The notes under the pieces: generated by a model | What the model was told of the DNA's origin: nothing | The model's input: only the letters and a program-made list of their open reading frames with translations | Databases searched by the model: none | IMG/VR virus record: IMGVR_UViG_3300030372_003961 | Location: 1-36,347 of that record | Direction: 5' to 3' (one strand) | From: a virus | Lineage: Duplodnaviria > Caudoviricetes | Length of the DNA stretch: 36,347 nucleotides | Part shown: positions 1-9,860 of the stretch, piece by piece | How the letters are laid out: every line of letters starts with the position of its first letter | How positions within the stretch are numbered: the first letter of the stretch is position 1 | Position numbers and translations under genes: made by a program

Positions 1-21
1 GGCATTTGTTGCTATCGATGA
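1..21. repeat. Imperfect terminal overlap with 36327..36347 (circularity signature)
   Basis: GGCATTTGTTGCTATCGATGA vs GTCATTTGTTGCTGTCGATGA. Confidence 0.8.
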
Positions 22-379
22 GGGCAATTATGTAAATATTACTTCTATAGCAAATATATATTTAGATAACGAAACAACCGCGTCACAGCGGCAGACCGAT
101 AGCGCCAGAATATATAAGGATGATGGCTCCTACCCTGTTCTTGATCCAACTACAAGTGGTTACGGTATTGATTTAAACTGGCAAAATGTTGTTTATGTTG
201 TGTCTACAGGTGGTAGCTCGCTAACTCCGTCGGAGCAGGCACAGCTCACTTCCATACAAGGCAAAACCGACTCTTTAACGTTTACTCAGGCGGGTCAAGT
301 TGACGCAAACGTTAAATATGTTCATGACATAGAAGTCGATGGAACTGGAACGACTAGCGATCCATGGGGGCCTGCCTAG
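2..379 (+). CDS. C-terminal 125 aa of the large virion/fibre-like protein that starts at 33340 (wraps around the contig ends)
   Basis: Open frame AFVAIDEGNYVN...DGTGTTSDPWGPA*, stop TAG 377-379; nt 1-21 match 36327-36347 at 19/21 in the same reading frame. Confidence 0.8.
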   Translation, partial: AFVAIDEGNYVNITSIANIYLDNETTASQRQTDSARIYKDDGSYPVLDPTTSGYGIDLNWQNVVYVVSTGGSSLTPSEQAQLTSIQGKTDSLTFTQAGQVDANVKYVHDIEVDGTGTTSDPWGPA

Positions 380-507
380 TGAGTGCTTGGGGTGATAGCT
401 GGGGCACCTCATGGGGTGATTCATGGGGAAGTATTGAGGCTGAAATACTTATAGGCGCCTACCAAGGGTTATATCTTGGTATGTATGCAAAAATTTATGA
501 AAGATAG
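379..507 (+). CDS. Small WGxS-repeat protein (42 aa)
   Basis: GTG overlaps upstream TAG; MSAWGDSWGTSWGDSWGSIEAEILIGAYQGLYLGMYAKIYER*; not in ORF track. Confidence 0.6.
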   Translation: MSAWGDSWGTSWGDSWGSIEAEILIGAYQGLYLGMYAKIYER

Positions 508-539
508 TAGTATATGAATAAATCAATAGGGCTTTACTA

Positions 540-815
540 ATGACTACATATGTATTAAACGCAAAAAACCCAGAAAGCCGTGAGTTTACATTTCGTGGCG
601 ATCTTTGTGTATGCGCTGAGGGTAGCGGAACATTCCGCTTGCTTCGCGAAATGGATAATAAGTTTGTGGCTGTCACTGATAGTCATGGCCAACCGTTAGA
701 GTATGGCGCAGTAGAAGGAGTGGCATTCAATAGTCATTTTTCCTGTAATGTTTCTTGTAGGTACAAAATTAGTGCTACAGGTGATCTAACTGTAACAATT
801 AAGAAGGAGAAGTAA
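540..815 (+). CDS. Hypothetical small beta-rich protein (possible virion accessory)
   Basis: 91-aa ORF in the plus-strand gene run, alternating hydrophobic pattern. Confidence 0.6.
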   Translation: MTTYVLNAKNPESREFTFRGDLCVCAEGSGTFRLLREMDNKFVAVTDSHGQPLEYGAVEGVAFNSHFSCNVSCRYKISATGDLTVTIKKEK

Positions 816-817
816 GT

Positions 818-1282
818 ATGAACTTAACAACTCCAAGTACAGATCTTAAAGCGCTTCAAAAGCAGAATGATCTTTTTAAGCAATTGAAAGCTGAGCATGA
901 CAAGCAGTTAAAAGACATTACAAAAGGACAAGATATTGAGCAGTTAAAAGCAAGGGCCAAAAAAATGCTTTTAGAAGCCAAGGAGGAAGCCGCCCAAATC
1001 ATAGCAAAGGCTAAGCGCGGCGTTGAGCAAGTGGAAAAGTCTAAGGCTGGATATGAAAGCCTTAAGGGTAAGCTTGAGGAATCAAGTAGTGAGACTCAGG
1101 CGGCAAACGAGGCGGCAAAAAAAGCTAAATCTGAAGCACAAAAAGCTAAATCTGAAGTTGAAAACTTAAAGGCATCTCTAGAGCAAAGTCTAAAAGACGC
1201 AGAAAAGCAAAAGGCAGACCTTAAGGTAAAAACTAAAGAACTTATAAATATTTTGGTGCGGTTTAGTGGGTCTATTAATTAA
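818..1282 (+). CDS. Coiled-coil protein
   Basis: K/E/A/Q-rich heptads; RBS AAGGAG upstream. Confidence 0.65.
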   Translation: MNLTTPSTDLKALQKQNDLFKQLKAEHDKQLKDITKGQDIEQLKARAKKMLLEAKEEAAQIIAKAKRGVEQVEKSKAGYESLKGKLEESSSETQAANEAAKKAKSEAQKAKSEVENLKASLEQSLKDAEKQKADLKVKTKELINILVRFSGSIN

Positions 1283-1568
1283 CGATACTACCCAGGTTAG
1301 CGTGGCTGTGGCTGGGGGACCAAGGTTCTCAGTCAGGCGCGGCGATGTAGCAGTGCTAAGAAGTACAAATATGGCGGGAAGTGGGGTAGTTACACTTTAT
1401 TACATATCGCCTGATGGTAAGACGCTAGGCGAATCAACCATGGACGACGGGACGGTGGTCACTTTGACACCTACAAACCCTGAAAGGATGGTCAATGTCC
1501 CAGGTATGTATACGGTTGCGGTAACTTCGGCGTCTTCAGTTAGTGGTGTTGTGTTTGTTGATCAATAG
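1266..1568 (+). CDS. Hypothetical small beta-sandwich protein
   Basis: 100-aa V/T/G-rich ORF; weak resemblance to 540..815 (GSGxxxL motif). Confidence 0.6.
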   Translation: MGLLINDTTQVSVAVAGGPRFSVRRGDVAVLRSTNMAGSGVVTLYYISPDGKTLGESTMDDGTVVTLTPTNPERMVNVPGMYTVAVTSASSVSGVVFVDQ

Positions 1569-1578
1569 GAGTCTAGTT

Positions 1579-1635
1579 ATGCCATACGGCAAAAGCAAAA
1601 AGAAAGGCAAAAAGACAAAGCCAAAAGGCAAGTAA
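1579..1635 (+). CDS. Lys-rich micropeptide (18 aa)
   Basis: AGGAG RBS then MPYGKSKKKGKKTKPKGK*. Confidence 0.5.
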   Translation: MPYGKSKKKGKKTKPKGK

Positions 1636-1675
1636 ACAGTAATACAGTTAAAAATGAGCTACAGAGGTAGATTTG

Positions 1676-2011
1676 ATGGCAACAACAAGAGCAAATCAAA
1701 ACAGAAAGATACGACAAGACGCTTTAAGAGACCAATTATCAAACCAAAAGCTTGTCGAAAAAGTAATTGATTCTATTAGGGAAATAGACGAGCTAGCATC
1801 GATTAACATAAATGACTACTCTTCAGTAGAGGAGTACAACGCAGATGTTATTGCAGCTAAGGATAAGGCTAACTTAATCAAAATATCTATTGACTCTAGG
1901 ATGCGTTTGGTAAGTAAGTATTTGCCGGACCTTAAGAGTACTGAAATAACGGGCGATTCTGAAAGCCCGGTAGTGATTAGTCAGCCTGTCTTGTTTGTTG
2001 ACCCCGAATGA
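1676..2011 (+). CDS. terS: Terminase small subunit (putative)
   Basis: Directly upstream of TerL with ATGA overlap; helical N-terminus, C-terminal KYLPDLKSTEITG motif typical of TerS-like proteins. Confidence 0.7.
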   Translation: MATTRANQNRKIRQDALRDQLSNQKLVEKVIDSIREIDELASININDYSSVEEYNADVIAAKDKANLIKISIDSRMRLVSKYLPDLKSTEITGDSESPVVISQPVLFVDPE

Positions 2012-3498
2012 TAAAAGTACAGCTTGCGCCCAAGATACGTCAAGCCTTTAAGAAAAAGGACGATCTAGGCGTAAAAATACTAATTCTTATCGGTGGCAGA
2101 GCTTCTACCAAGTCAACAGCAGCCGCAGACGTTGTTCTAGCTAAAACACAAGCTGGCGAAAGGTGGTGCTGTGGTCGTGAATTCTTAAACTCTATCGAGG
2201 ATTCTTGCCAAGCTATGCTTGAGGAAGAGATCGAAAGGCTAGGGTTTAACGGCTTTGATGTGCAAGCTAATAAGATTAAGCACGCCTCCGGGGGTGAAAT
2301 ATTTCACAAGGGCTTGGCTAGAAATCCAGCTTCTATCAAATCTATCGTTGCTGATGGTATTTGGATTGAGGAGGGTGAAACCCTTAGCGATAAGACGCTT
2401 AAGGTTTTATCCGCCTCTTTCCGTGTGTCAGCAGGGAAGAAAGCAAGAGCAAAGAAGGAAGGGAAAAAGGCTAGGTCGCCTGATATCGTTATTACGATGA
2501 ATAGAGGAAGCTCGAAAGATCCTATATCACTAGAATATTTGTCACATGCCGAATCAACTATAGCCAAGCAAGGCTGGTATGCAGATGAAAATGTTCTTAT
2601 TTGTGAAATTAATTACACGGACATTCCTAGCGAGTGGTTTATTTCTTCAGGGCTAGACGAAGAAAGGCAACGCGATGAACGCTTAATGACCAAGGCCGAA
2701 TATGATCATAAGTGGTTAGGGAAATACATAGACACTATCGAAAACGCAATTATTCAGCCAGAGTGGTTTGATGCATGTGTTGACGCTCATTTAAAGCTAG
2801 AGGGTATAGGTAGATGGGATGCCGGTCAGGAAAGGGTTTCTTTTGATCCTAGTGACGCAGGGAAAGACCCTGAAGCGTTGGCTCATCAAAAGGGCAATGT
2901 TGTCTATGAAGCTATGAGCGCAGACGCAAAGGATATTGAGGAGGCGTGTAATTGGGCGTGCTCCTATGCCAATGATAAGCGGGTGGATTCGTTTACATGG
3001 GATTGTGACGGAATGGGCATAGGTCTTAAATCTCAGGTTTCACAAGCATTTAGAGGTAAGAGGGTTGATATTGATCAATTCAAAGGCTCTGAAGGCGCTT
3101 TTATGCCTGATGATATCTACCAAGAAATAGATATTGATGAACGAGCTAAAACCAAGACCAACCAAGAAACCTTTGCTAATCAGCGAGCACAATTCTATTG
3201 CCATCTTGGTGATAAAATGTTTAAAACGTGGCTAGCTGTAGAAAAGGGGCGATATTTCCCTGTAGACGAAATGATTAGTTTTAGTAAGGATATTAAACAT
3301 TTGGCGCTGCTTAGGGCTGAGCTATGCAGTATTCCGCGAAAGTTTATAAGTAGTGGTAGAATACAGTTATGGACAAAAGCGGAAATGCTAAAAAAAGGCA
3401 TAAGTTCGCCTAATATTGGTGATTGTGTGATGATGCTGCAAAAGCCCGTTTTGGTAGAAAAACCATTAACTAAGTTGCCACCTATGAGGTCATGGTAA
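2008..3498 (+). CDS. terL: Terminase large subunit (PBSX/Terminase_3-like)
   Basis: Walker A-like GGRASTKST, Walker B IWIEEGE, nuclease motifs SFDPSD, WDCDGMG, SPNIGD. Confidence 0.93.
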   Translation: MIKVQLAPKIRQAFKKKDDLGVKILILIGGRASTKSTAAADVVLAKTQAGERWCCGREFLNSIEDSCQAMLEEEIERLGFNGFDVQANKIKHASGGEIFHKGLARNPASIKSIVADGIWIEEGETLSDKTLKVLSASFRVSAGKKARAKKEGKKARSPDIVITMNRGSSKDPISLEYLSHAESTIAKQGWYADENVLICEINYTDIPSEWFISSGLDEERQRDERLMTKAEYDHKWLGKYIDTIENAIIQPEWFDACVDAHLKLEGIGRWDAGQERVSFDPSDAGKDPEALAHQKGNVVYEAMSADAKDIEEACNWACSYANDKRVDSFTWDCDGMGIGLKSQVSQAFRGKRVDIDQFKGSEGAFMPDDIYQEIDIDERAKTKTNQETFANQRAQFYCHLGDKMFKTWLAVEKGRYFPVDEMISFSKDIKHLALLRAELCSIPRKFISSGRIQLWTKAEMLKKGISSPNIGDCVMMLQKPVLVEKPLTKLPPMRSW

Positions 3499-5558
3499 TG
3501 AATTACGAAGATCATAAAAGTGTGCTAAGCGCCCTCTCTAAGGATCAAGAAGCAGAAGAAGACCTTAGAAAAGAAATAGACGAAGTTTTAGACTTCCTTA
3601 ACCACCCTCAAGGCCAATGGGAGCCTAACGTGTGGAGCGAATTTGACGGCAGGCCAAGATATACATTTGATCAATGTAACCCTGCTATATCCAAGGTTTG
3701 GGCAGAAATGGCAGCGAATGAGTATTCTGCCAGCGTTCAGCCTGTAGGTAGCGGAGCTACAGAAGAAGTCTCAAATATTATTGACGGTCTTTTTAGGAAT
3801 ATATACAACAATTGTTCTTTTGATGATATATCAATTAAATCCGGCAAAAAAATGATTGCCACGGGTATTGGAGGCTGGAGAGTCGTCTCTAAATACATGA
3901 GTACAGAATCTTTTTACCAAGATTTATCTATAATCCCTTTAAACAACTTTCATAGGCGGGTTTGGTTTGATTGTAATGCCGAACTTCAAACTAAAGAGGA
4001 CGCAGGCCACGTTTTTATACTGAGCAATATGTCTGTTTCTGCGGCTGAGAAGCTAGCAAAGCGAAAGATTGAAGGCGTCAATGACAACCGGCAAAGCTCC
4101 TCTTATTCTTATAAGCCTGATGATACCGTAATTATTGGCGAGGTTTTATATAAGAAAAAAGTATCAAAGACCATTTATCTTATTGATGATGACAAGTTAA
4201 GCGTTGTAGACGATGAAGGGCTTGCCGAAATGGGGTTAACGCCTGATGACGCATTAGACAGCCGTGAAACTGAAGAATGCCAAGTATGTACTCGAAAGTT
4301 TGATAACGCCGATTGGATTGGGGAGCCAAAGCTAACCGTATTTAATTATTTGCCTGTTATCCCTGAGTTTGCCAACTTTGACATATCAGAAGATGGCAAG
4401 ACGATCTTTCGCGGCTTAGTTCGCCCCGTCATGGATCACCAACGAGTATTTAACTATTCGGAGTCTCGCAAAGTTGAGGAATCTGTGCTGGCGCAACGTA
4501 AAAAGCTAATGGTCGATAATCGTGTGGCTGAAGGCTATGAAAAAGAATTTGGCGACATAAACAGAGACCCTAGAGCGGTCCAATTGTTTAACGGAAAAGG
4601 CGCCGATAACGCTAAAGTCCCATTCTTTGAAACTGGCGGCCCTACTCCTAACACTGCAATAACAGAGATTAGCGCAGATATGATTAGGAATATGCAGCTA
4701 ACGCTAGGATTACCCAATGAACTTGAAACAATAGCGTCAACTAAGAAAGATAGCGACTATAGATTTGAATCACGCTCATCTATGGGCCAAGTGGGCACGT
4801 TTGAATATTATCGTGCTCATAAGGTGGCATTAGAGCATACAGCCAAGGTTATTTTAGGTGCCATACCTAAAGTATACGATACAGCCCGCAAGATAAGAAT
4901 CATTGACGAATCTAACCAAAGTTCTGAAGTGGATATCAACGCAATTGACCAGTCAACAGGGGAGAAAATTAATAATTTGCTGACAGGTAAATATGATGTG
5001 GTTATAAATATGGGTAAGGACTTCGAATCTAGGCAGGCAGACGCCAATACTGCAATATTGGAGTTAGGCTCTGTGAACCCTGATGTTGTAACAAGAAACA
5101 CCGACATTATTGCAACTAATATTAAGGCGCCAGGAATGCGCACAGTTGCAGACAGAGAAAGAGCTTTCTTGATGCGGCAAGGGCTAATACCTGAAGAGCA
5201 ATGGACTGAGGACGAAAAACAAAAGGTAATGATGGCTCAACAGCAAAACCAACAGCCAGACCCTAACGCCTTGATAGCTGAGGCACAGGTTAAGGTGGCT
5301 CAAGCTGAGGCTGATAAGGTTCAAACTCAGTTATTAGTAGAGCAAGCAAAGCTTGAGCAAAAGCAGGCTGAAAACCAAGCCAAAGCAATGAAGGAAGCTA
5401 TGGATTTGCAGCTAAAAGAGCAAAAACAACAAATAGATGAGCTTACACAGTTGATTAGCGGGGCTAAAACCTTGGCTGAAATTGACCAAATGAATGCTCA
5501 ATCAAACGAGCTGTCTCAACAAGCAGTCCTTATAAATAACACTCAAAGAGAGATTTAG
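3492..5558 (+). CDS. P22-like portal protein
   Basis: 688 aa after TerL; GRPRYTFD, GLVRPVMDHQRVFNY, GKYDVVI motifs; Q-rich C-terminal helical barrel. Confidence 0.9.
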   Translation: MVMNYEDHKSVLSALSKDQEAEEDLRKEIDEVLDFLNHPQGQWEPNVWSEFDGRPRYTFDQCNPAISKVWAEMAANEYSASVQPVGSGATEEVSNIIDGLFRNIYNNCSFDDISIKSGKKMIATGIGGWRVVSKYMSTESFYQDLSIIPLNNFHRRVWFDCNAELQTKEDAGHVFILSNMSVSAAEKLAKRKIEGVNDNRQSSSYSYKPDDTVIIGEVLYKKKVSKTIYLIDDDKLSVVDDEGLAEMGLTPDDALDSRETEECQVCTRKFDNADWIGEPKLTVFNYLPVIPEFANFDISEDGKTIFRGLVRPVMDHQRVFNYSESRKVEESVLAQRKKLMVDNRVAEGYEKEFGDINRDPRAVQLFNGKGADNAKVPFFETGGPTPNTAITEISADMIRNMQLTLGLPNELETIASTKKDSDYRFESRSSMGQVGTFEYYRAHKVALEHTAKVILGAIPKVYDTARKIRIIDESNQSSEVDINAIDQSTGEKINNLLTGKYDVVINMGKDFESRQADANTAILELGSVNPDVVTRNTDIIATNIKAPGMRTVADRERAFLMRQGLIPEEQWTEDEKQKVMMAQQQNQQPDPNALIAEAQVKVAQAEADKVQTQLLVEQAKLEQKQAENQAKAMKEAMDLQLKEQKQQIDELTQLISGAKTLAEIDQMNAQSNELSQQAVLINNTQREI

Positions 5559-5569
5559 CCGGGAATATT

Positions 5570-5728
5570 ATGAAGACAGTTACATATGTAAGGCCAAGTA
5601 ACCGGCCAATCGAAATAAACGATACTGAAGAATCTAGGAATTTAGCAAAACGTAGGGGATGGAAGGAGTTTAGAAAGAGGGGTCCAAAAAAACGTCATAG
5701 TAACGACAAATTGGACAAACATAATTAA
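5570..5728 (+). CDS. Small basic hypothetical protein (52 aa)
   Basis: MKTVTYVRPSNRPIEINDTEESRNLAKRRGWKEF...; fills the portal-scaffold gap. Confidence 0.55.
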   Translation: MKTVTYVRPSNRPIEINDTEESRNLAKRRGWKEFRKRGPKKRHSNDKLDKHN

Positions 5729-5771
5729 TAAAATTAAACTATTAATAGCGACCAACTAAGGTATTTGAGAT

Positions 5772-6572
5772 ATGAGCGGAGAAATTCGAGAAGAGATACA
5801 GCAAGAGGAAACCCAGCAGCCCGAGCGGGAAGTGCAGCAAGAGGTTGATGAGGGAGTTCAGCAGGAAGCGCAACAGGAAGAAAAGCCCCGAAGCGGATAT
5901 ATAGACTATAACGCTTTGCCTGAAGAGGTTAGAGACACGGTAAAAATGCGTGTTGATGGCGACTTTAGGAAAATGAAGGCGCTAGAAAAGAAAGAATTGG
6001 AATATCAGCAGAAGCTAAAAGAATACGAAGAAAAGCTTTCCGAGCTAAATAGGCCAAAAGAAATACAGCCGCCTACAGCAGACGACTTTTATAATGACCC
6101 TGAAGGCGCAGAAAAAAGGCTACAAGATTATAATAATTATGTGTCTAAAAAAGTAGATTGGGACACAAGCCAAAAGTTGCGAGAGCAGCATCAGCAACAA
6201 GAGATTGAGAGACAGCAGGCCGAGCGCCAGCAGTTGTTTTTGAAGAAAGCAGAAAGCGCGGGAATTAGCCAGCAAGAATTAGCTTATGCGGCTTCTATCG
6301 CGGCCCCTGTTTTAGGTGATGACGCACAGTCATACTTAGTGGGTCACGATTACGGTCCACAAATACTAAGGCAGTTAGTTAAAAACCCGATGGATTTACA
6401 AGAATTAGCGAACCTGAACCCTTATCAGGTGGGTGTGAAAGTAGAAAACATGGCAAAAAACTTTAAACCTACCAAGGTAACAAAGGCACCGCCACCGGAT
6501 GAGCCGATACAGGGTTCTGGCGTAGATTCTAAAGATGAATACCCGATCCTTAAAGGCTCCACTATTTTTTAA
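5772..6572 (+). CDS. Scaffolding protein
   Basis: E/Q-rich coiled coil between portal and coat; C-terminal TKAPPP motif. Confidence 0.8.
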   Translation: MSGEIREEIQQEETQQPEREVQQEVDEGVQQEAQQEEKPRSGYIDYNALPEEVRDTVKMRVDGDFRKMKALEKKELEYQQKLKEYEEKLSELNRPKEIQPPTADDFYNDPEGAEKRLQDYNNYVSKKVDWDTSQKLREQHQQQEIERQQAERQQLFLKKAESAGISQQELAYAASIAAPVLGDDAQSYLVGHDYGPQILRQLVKNPMDLQELANLNPYQVGVKVENMAKNFKPTKVTKAPPPDEPIQGSGVDSKDEYPILKGSTIF

Positions 6573-6595
6573 AGAAAAGATGAGGATTTAGGATT

Positions 6596-7873
6596 ATGCC
6601 TAATAACTTAAGTAGTAATGTCATGACTAAAGTCATGAAATCCATTGCGGCGGGCTTTGAGTCCAACCGCGTTTCAACTAAAACCGTAAATACCGAGAAC
6701 ATCAAGGGTGAGCATACCAGCTCTACCGGGGATACTATTTATCGTAAGCGCAAAACGTCGTATCGCGCCGCTGAAACCAGCAGTGGCGATGTTTCTGGTG
6801 GTGGGGCAGACAATGATATTCTTGTTGGTCGCATCCCTTACGTTAAGCAAGATGTTATCACCGTTAAGGCTCAGTGGGACAGCGTAGAGGAAGCGCTAGA
6901 GCTTAATCAGCTTGATGAATTACTCGCCCCCATGGGTGAAGAACTTGTAACTCGTGTTGAGCGTAACTTTAACGACTACATGATTCAAAACTCTGGTTTG
7001 ACTTTTGGTACTCCTGGGACAGCGGTAGACGCCTGGACGGATGTAGCTTACGTTGAAGCAATGATGAATGAGATTGGTGTTCCTTCACAGGGTGAAAAGT
7101 ACTACCAAATGAATAGCTTTACCGGCGCAGCTTTGGCAAGCGCAACGACCGCTATTAACCAAGAGGGTCTTGTCAAGACTGCATTTGAGCAAGCTCAAGT
7201 TCCATCACCGCTTGCCGGTTTAATCCCTCTTAAGTCTAACGCTTTGCGTTCCTTTACTTCTGGTGATGCTTCAGGTGATAGAGAAGGAGCGCTTAACGGT
7301 GCGCCTGATGTTACTTGGGCAAGCGCAAAAGACACAATGCAGCAAACTATTACTGTAGACGGTTTTGGTGCTAACACCACAATTAAAGCGGGTGAAACCA
7401 TTCGGATTACAGGTAAATACCACGCTAACCCAAGCAATCAAAATGTTTTGATTGATGAGACGAACGCTAGGGTTGAATGGTGTTGGACTGTGGTTAGCGA
7501 TGCAACGCTTGATGGCTCTGGCGCCGGTACAATCACAGTGACGAATGCGGCAATCTTTGACGCAGCAAGTAATAATCAGTATGACAACATTAGCGCCGCG
7601 CCAGCGGATAATGATGTAATTACCATTTTGGGTTCTGACTCTACACTTTATAAGCCTAACTTGGCTTATCACAAAGACGCATTTTCATTTGCAACTATTC
7701 AGTTACCAAAGCTTTATGCGACTGACTTGAGCTATAAATCTGCTGATGGCTTGACATTTCGTGTTTCTCGCTATTCAGACGGCAGTGCTAATCAGCAATT
7801 GCTTAGAGTTGACCTTGTGCCTGCTTTTGGTGTTTCAAATCCGTTGCACTCGGTTCGGTGTTTCGGCAAATAA
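6596..7873 (+). CDS. Major capsid protein (P22 gp5-like coat)
   Basis: 425 aa; TGDTIY, NLAYHKDAF, RVDLV motifs; followed by terminator. Confidence 0.92.
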   Translation: MPNNLSSNVMTKVMKSIAAGFESNRVSTKTVNTENIKGEHTSSTGDTIYRKRKTSYRAAETSSGDVSGGGADNDILVGRIPYVKQDVITVKAQWDSVEEALELNQLDELLAPMGEELVTRVERNFNDYMIQNSGLTFGTPGTAVDAWTDVAYVEAMMNEIGVPSQGEKYYQMNSFTGAALASATTAINQEGLVKTAFEQAQVPSPLAGLIPLKSNALRSFTSGDASGDREGALNGAPDVTWASAKDTMQQTITVDGFGANTTIKAGETIRITGKYHANPSNQNVLIDETNARVEWCWTVVSDATLDGSGAGTITVTNAAIFDAASNNQYDNISAAPADNDVITILGSDSTLYKPNLAYHKDAFSFATIQLPKLYATDLSYKSADGLTFRVSRYSDGSANQQLLRVDLVPAFGVSNPLHSVRCFGK

Positions 7874-7898
7874 GGCTATATCAAAAGCCTTCAAGCTT

Positions 7899-7930
7899 AA
7901 AAGGGGTGGCGTTAGCTGCCCTTTTTTATT
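7899..7930 (+). terminator. Rho-independent terminator after coat gene
   Basis: AAAAGGGGTGGC-GTTA-GCTGCCCTTTTTT. Confidence 0.75.
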
Positions 7931-7959
7931 TGTGGTAAAGTTGTCTGAGAGGTCTAATT

Positions 7960-8430
7960 ATGATTGCATCCGACTTAATACGTGACGCTTATTTAGAGAT
8001 AGGCAAGTCTGCCGCTGAGCAACCGATAACCGGCGACGAAACACTAACAGCTATACGATATCTAAACAATATAGCCTATTCAAAGGCTCATATAATTACG
8101 GATTACACCGTAATCGAATCGGCTAGCGACGAAATAACATCTTCTGATTCTTTTAATTTGTGGTTTATTAAATCTTTGGCAATAAAGCTAGCCCCTCAGT
8201 ATGGACAGCTAGAGTCATATTTGCCGTTAAAAGAAGACGAAAAGGACGCTTGGCAGTCTGTATTAATTGCTAATAGTCGAATCCCAGCGCCGCAACTTAA
8301 CAGCAATGTTCCTTATGGTTCAGGTAATAGAAGTAGTTCTAATGGATACTCAGATAGATTTTATAAAGAGTCTGATGGCGGCGTTCTTACCGAACAAAAC
8401 GCACAGATTATCGTTGAGGATGACACGTGA
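7960..8430 (+). CDS. Head completion / packaged DNA stabilization protein (P22 gp4-like)
   Basis: Position after coat; LAIKLAPQYG and PYGSGN motifs. Confidence 0.8.
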   Translation: MIASDLIRDAYLEIGKSAAEQPITGDETLTAIRYLNNIAYSKAHIITDYTVIESASDEITSSDSFNLWFIKSLAIKLAPQYGQLESYLPLKEDEKDAWQSVLIANSRIPAPQLNSNVPYGSGNRSSSNGYSDRFYKESDGGVLTEQNAQIIVEDDT

Positions 8431-9860
8431 GCTTACTTAGAGATGGCATAGACTTGCCGTTTACTAACGGCTTTTATCAATCTAGAAGCCTCGGGCTTTC
8501 TGCTCAACAATGCATTAACTACCGAGCAAATATATCTCCTGTTGGCGCTCTTAGCGCCGAGTCCTTGTATCAAACGGAAGGCATAAAAGGCATCATTGAT
8601 TCGCCTGGAAGTGTTACGTGTCGAGGCTCGCACACTATGAACTCGATACCCTACGAGGTTTCCGGTAATACGCTCTATAGAATAGATCGAACTGTAAACC
8701 CTGATTTAACAGAAGTTTATACAAGGGTAAATCTTGGCACTATTGAAGGTTCTGGCCGTGTAATCATGGCGTCAATATGGAGTAGTACTGGTTATGAAAT
8801 GGCAATTGTTGTACCTGGACAGTTTGCCTACTACTACACGGAGTCAGGCGGAACAGTAGAGAGCCTGATTGGCCTAACAAACTTTGACAACCCAGTTAAT
8901 GACGTAATTAGCATTAATGGTTTTTGCGTTTTTCTCGAAACTGGAACCAATAGGGTCTTTCACTCAAATCTTAATAACGTGGCGTCATACAACGCTTTGG
9001 ATTTTGAGCTTATAACTCGGACGCCAAAAGTTATTGGCCTTATATCCTTTAGAGGGCAAATGTTTATTATGGGTGAGGACCAAATTCTCCCCTATACTTT
9101 TGTCGGTGGCTCTAATTTTGTATTTCAGTACCAACCTAATTCATCGATTCCAAGCGGGCTGAACAGCCTTCACGCCAAAGCTATAACTAGGCAGTCATTT
9201 TGCTATCTAGGGGGCGGCAAGAATGAAACGCCCGCTGTATGGTTGTCAACAGGAACATACCCGCAAAGAATAAGTAATGATGCTATAGAGTACTTAATTA
9301 GAGATATCAATATTTTAGACCAAGCATACATAATGTATTTTGCGATTGATGGCGGCGAGTTTATAGCGCTAAAAGTAGGTGGGTATTGCTTTGTCTATGA
9401 CCTTTTAACGGGTCGATGGCATCAAAGACGGTCAAGCGTTGGTGATAATGAGGTAGCTTGGCGCGTTTCGTCGATAACAAAAGCTTACGGCAAGCTTATT
9501 GTTGGCGATGATATTGACGGGCGAACAGGTTACTTGTCGAATGATAATACGGAATACGGGGTAAATGTTCGACGATCATTCATCATGCAGCCTTTTGACA
9601 ATCGCGGTAGGCACGTATCATTAAAGTCCTTGGTTTTGGCTATGGATACAGGTTATGACGGCGATATGGTGCTTGAGTGGTCTGATGATGACGGCCATAC
9701 GTGGTCTGACGGGTTGCAGCGTGGTGCTGGCGGTATTGGTGACTATGGGCGCCACGTTAGATGGGATAGATTAGGGTCTTCTGCATATTCCCGCACATTA
9801 AGGTTTGGCACCTCTTCAGATTCGAAAGTCAACGTTAACAAAGTGATAGCCTTGCCATGA
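8427..9860 (+). CDS. Tail hub / DNA stabilization protein (P22 gp10-like)
   Basis: 477-aa beta-propeller-like; YDLLTGRWH, WSDDDGHTWS, WDRLG motifs. Confidence 0.85.
   Translation: MSLLRDGIDLPFTNGFYQSRSLGLSAQQCINYRANISPVGALSAESLYQTEGIKGIIDSPGSVTCRGSHTMNSIPYEVSGNTLYRIDRTVNPDLTEVYTRVNLGTIEGSGRVIMASIWSSTGYEMAIVVPGQFAYYYTESGGTVESLIGLTNFDNPVNDVISINGFCVFLETGTNRVFHSNLNNVASYNALDFELITRTPKVIGLISFRGQMFIMGEDQILPYTFVGGSNFVFQYQPNSSIPSGLNSLHAKAITRQSFCYLGGGKNETPAVWLSTGTYPQRISNDAIEYLIRDINILDQAYIMYFAIDGGEFIALKVGGYCFVYDLLTGRWHQRRSSVGDNEVAWRVSSITKAYGKLIVGDDIDGRTGYLSNDNTEYGVNVRRSFIMQPFDNRGRHVSLKSLVLAMDTGYDGDMVLEWSDDDGHTWSDGLQRGAGGIGDYGRHVRWDRLGSSAYSRTLRFGTSSDSKVNVNKVIALP

Noticed and set aside
6561-6596. Slippery T-run at scaffold end fusing scaffold to coat
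   Set aside because: The -1 frame hits TGA at 6581 before the coat start; the +1 frame also stops.
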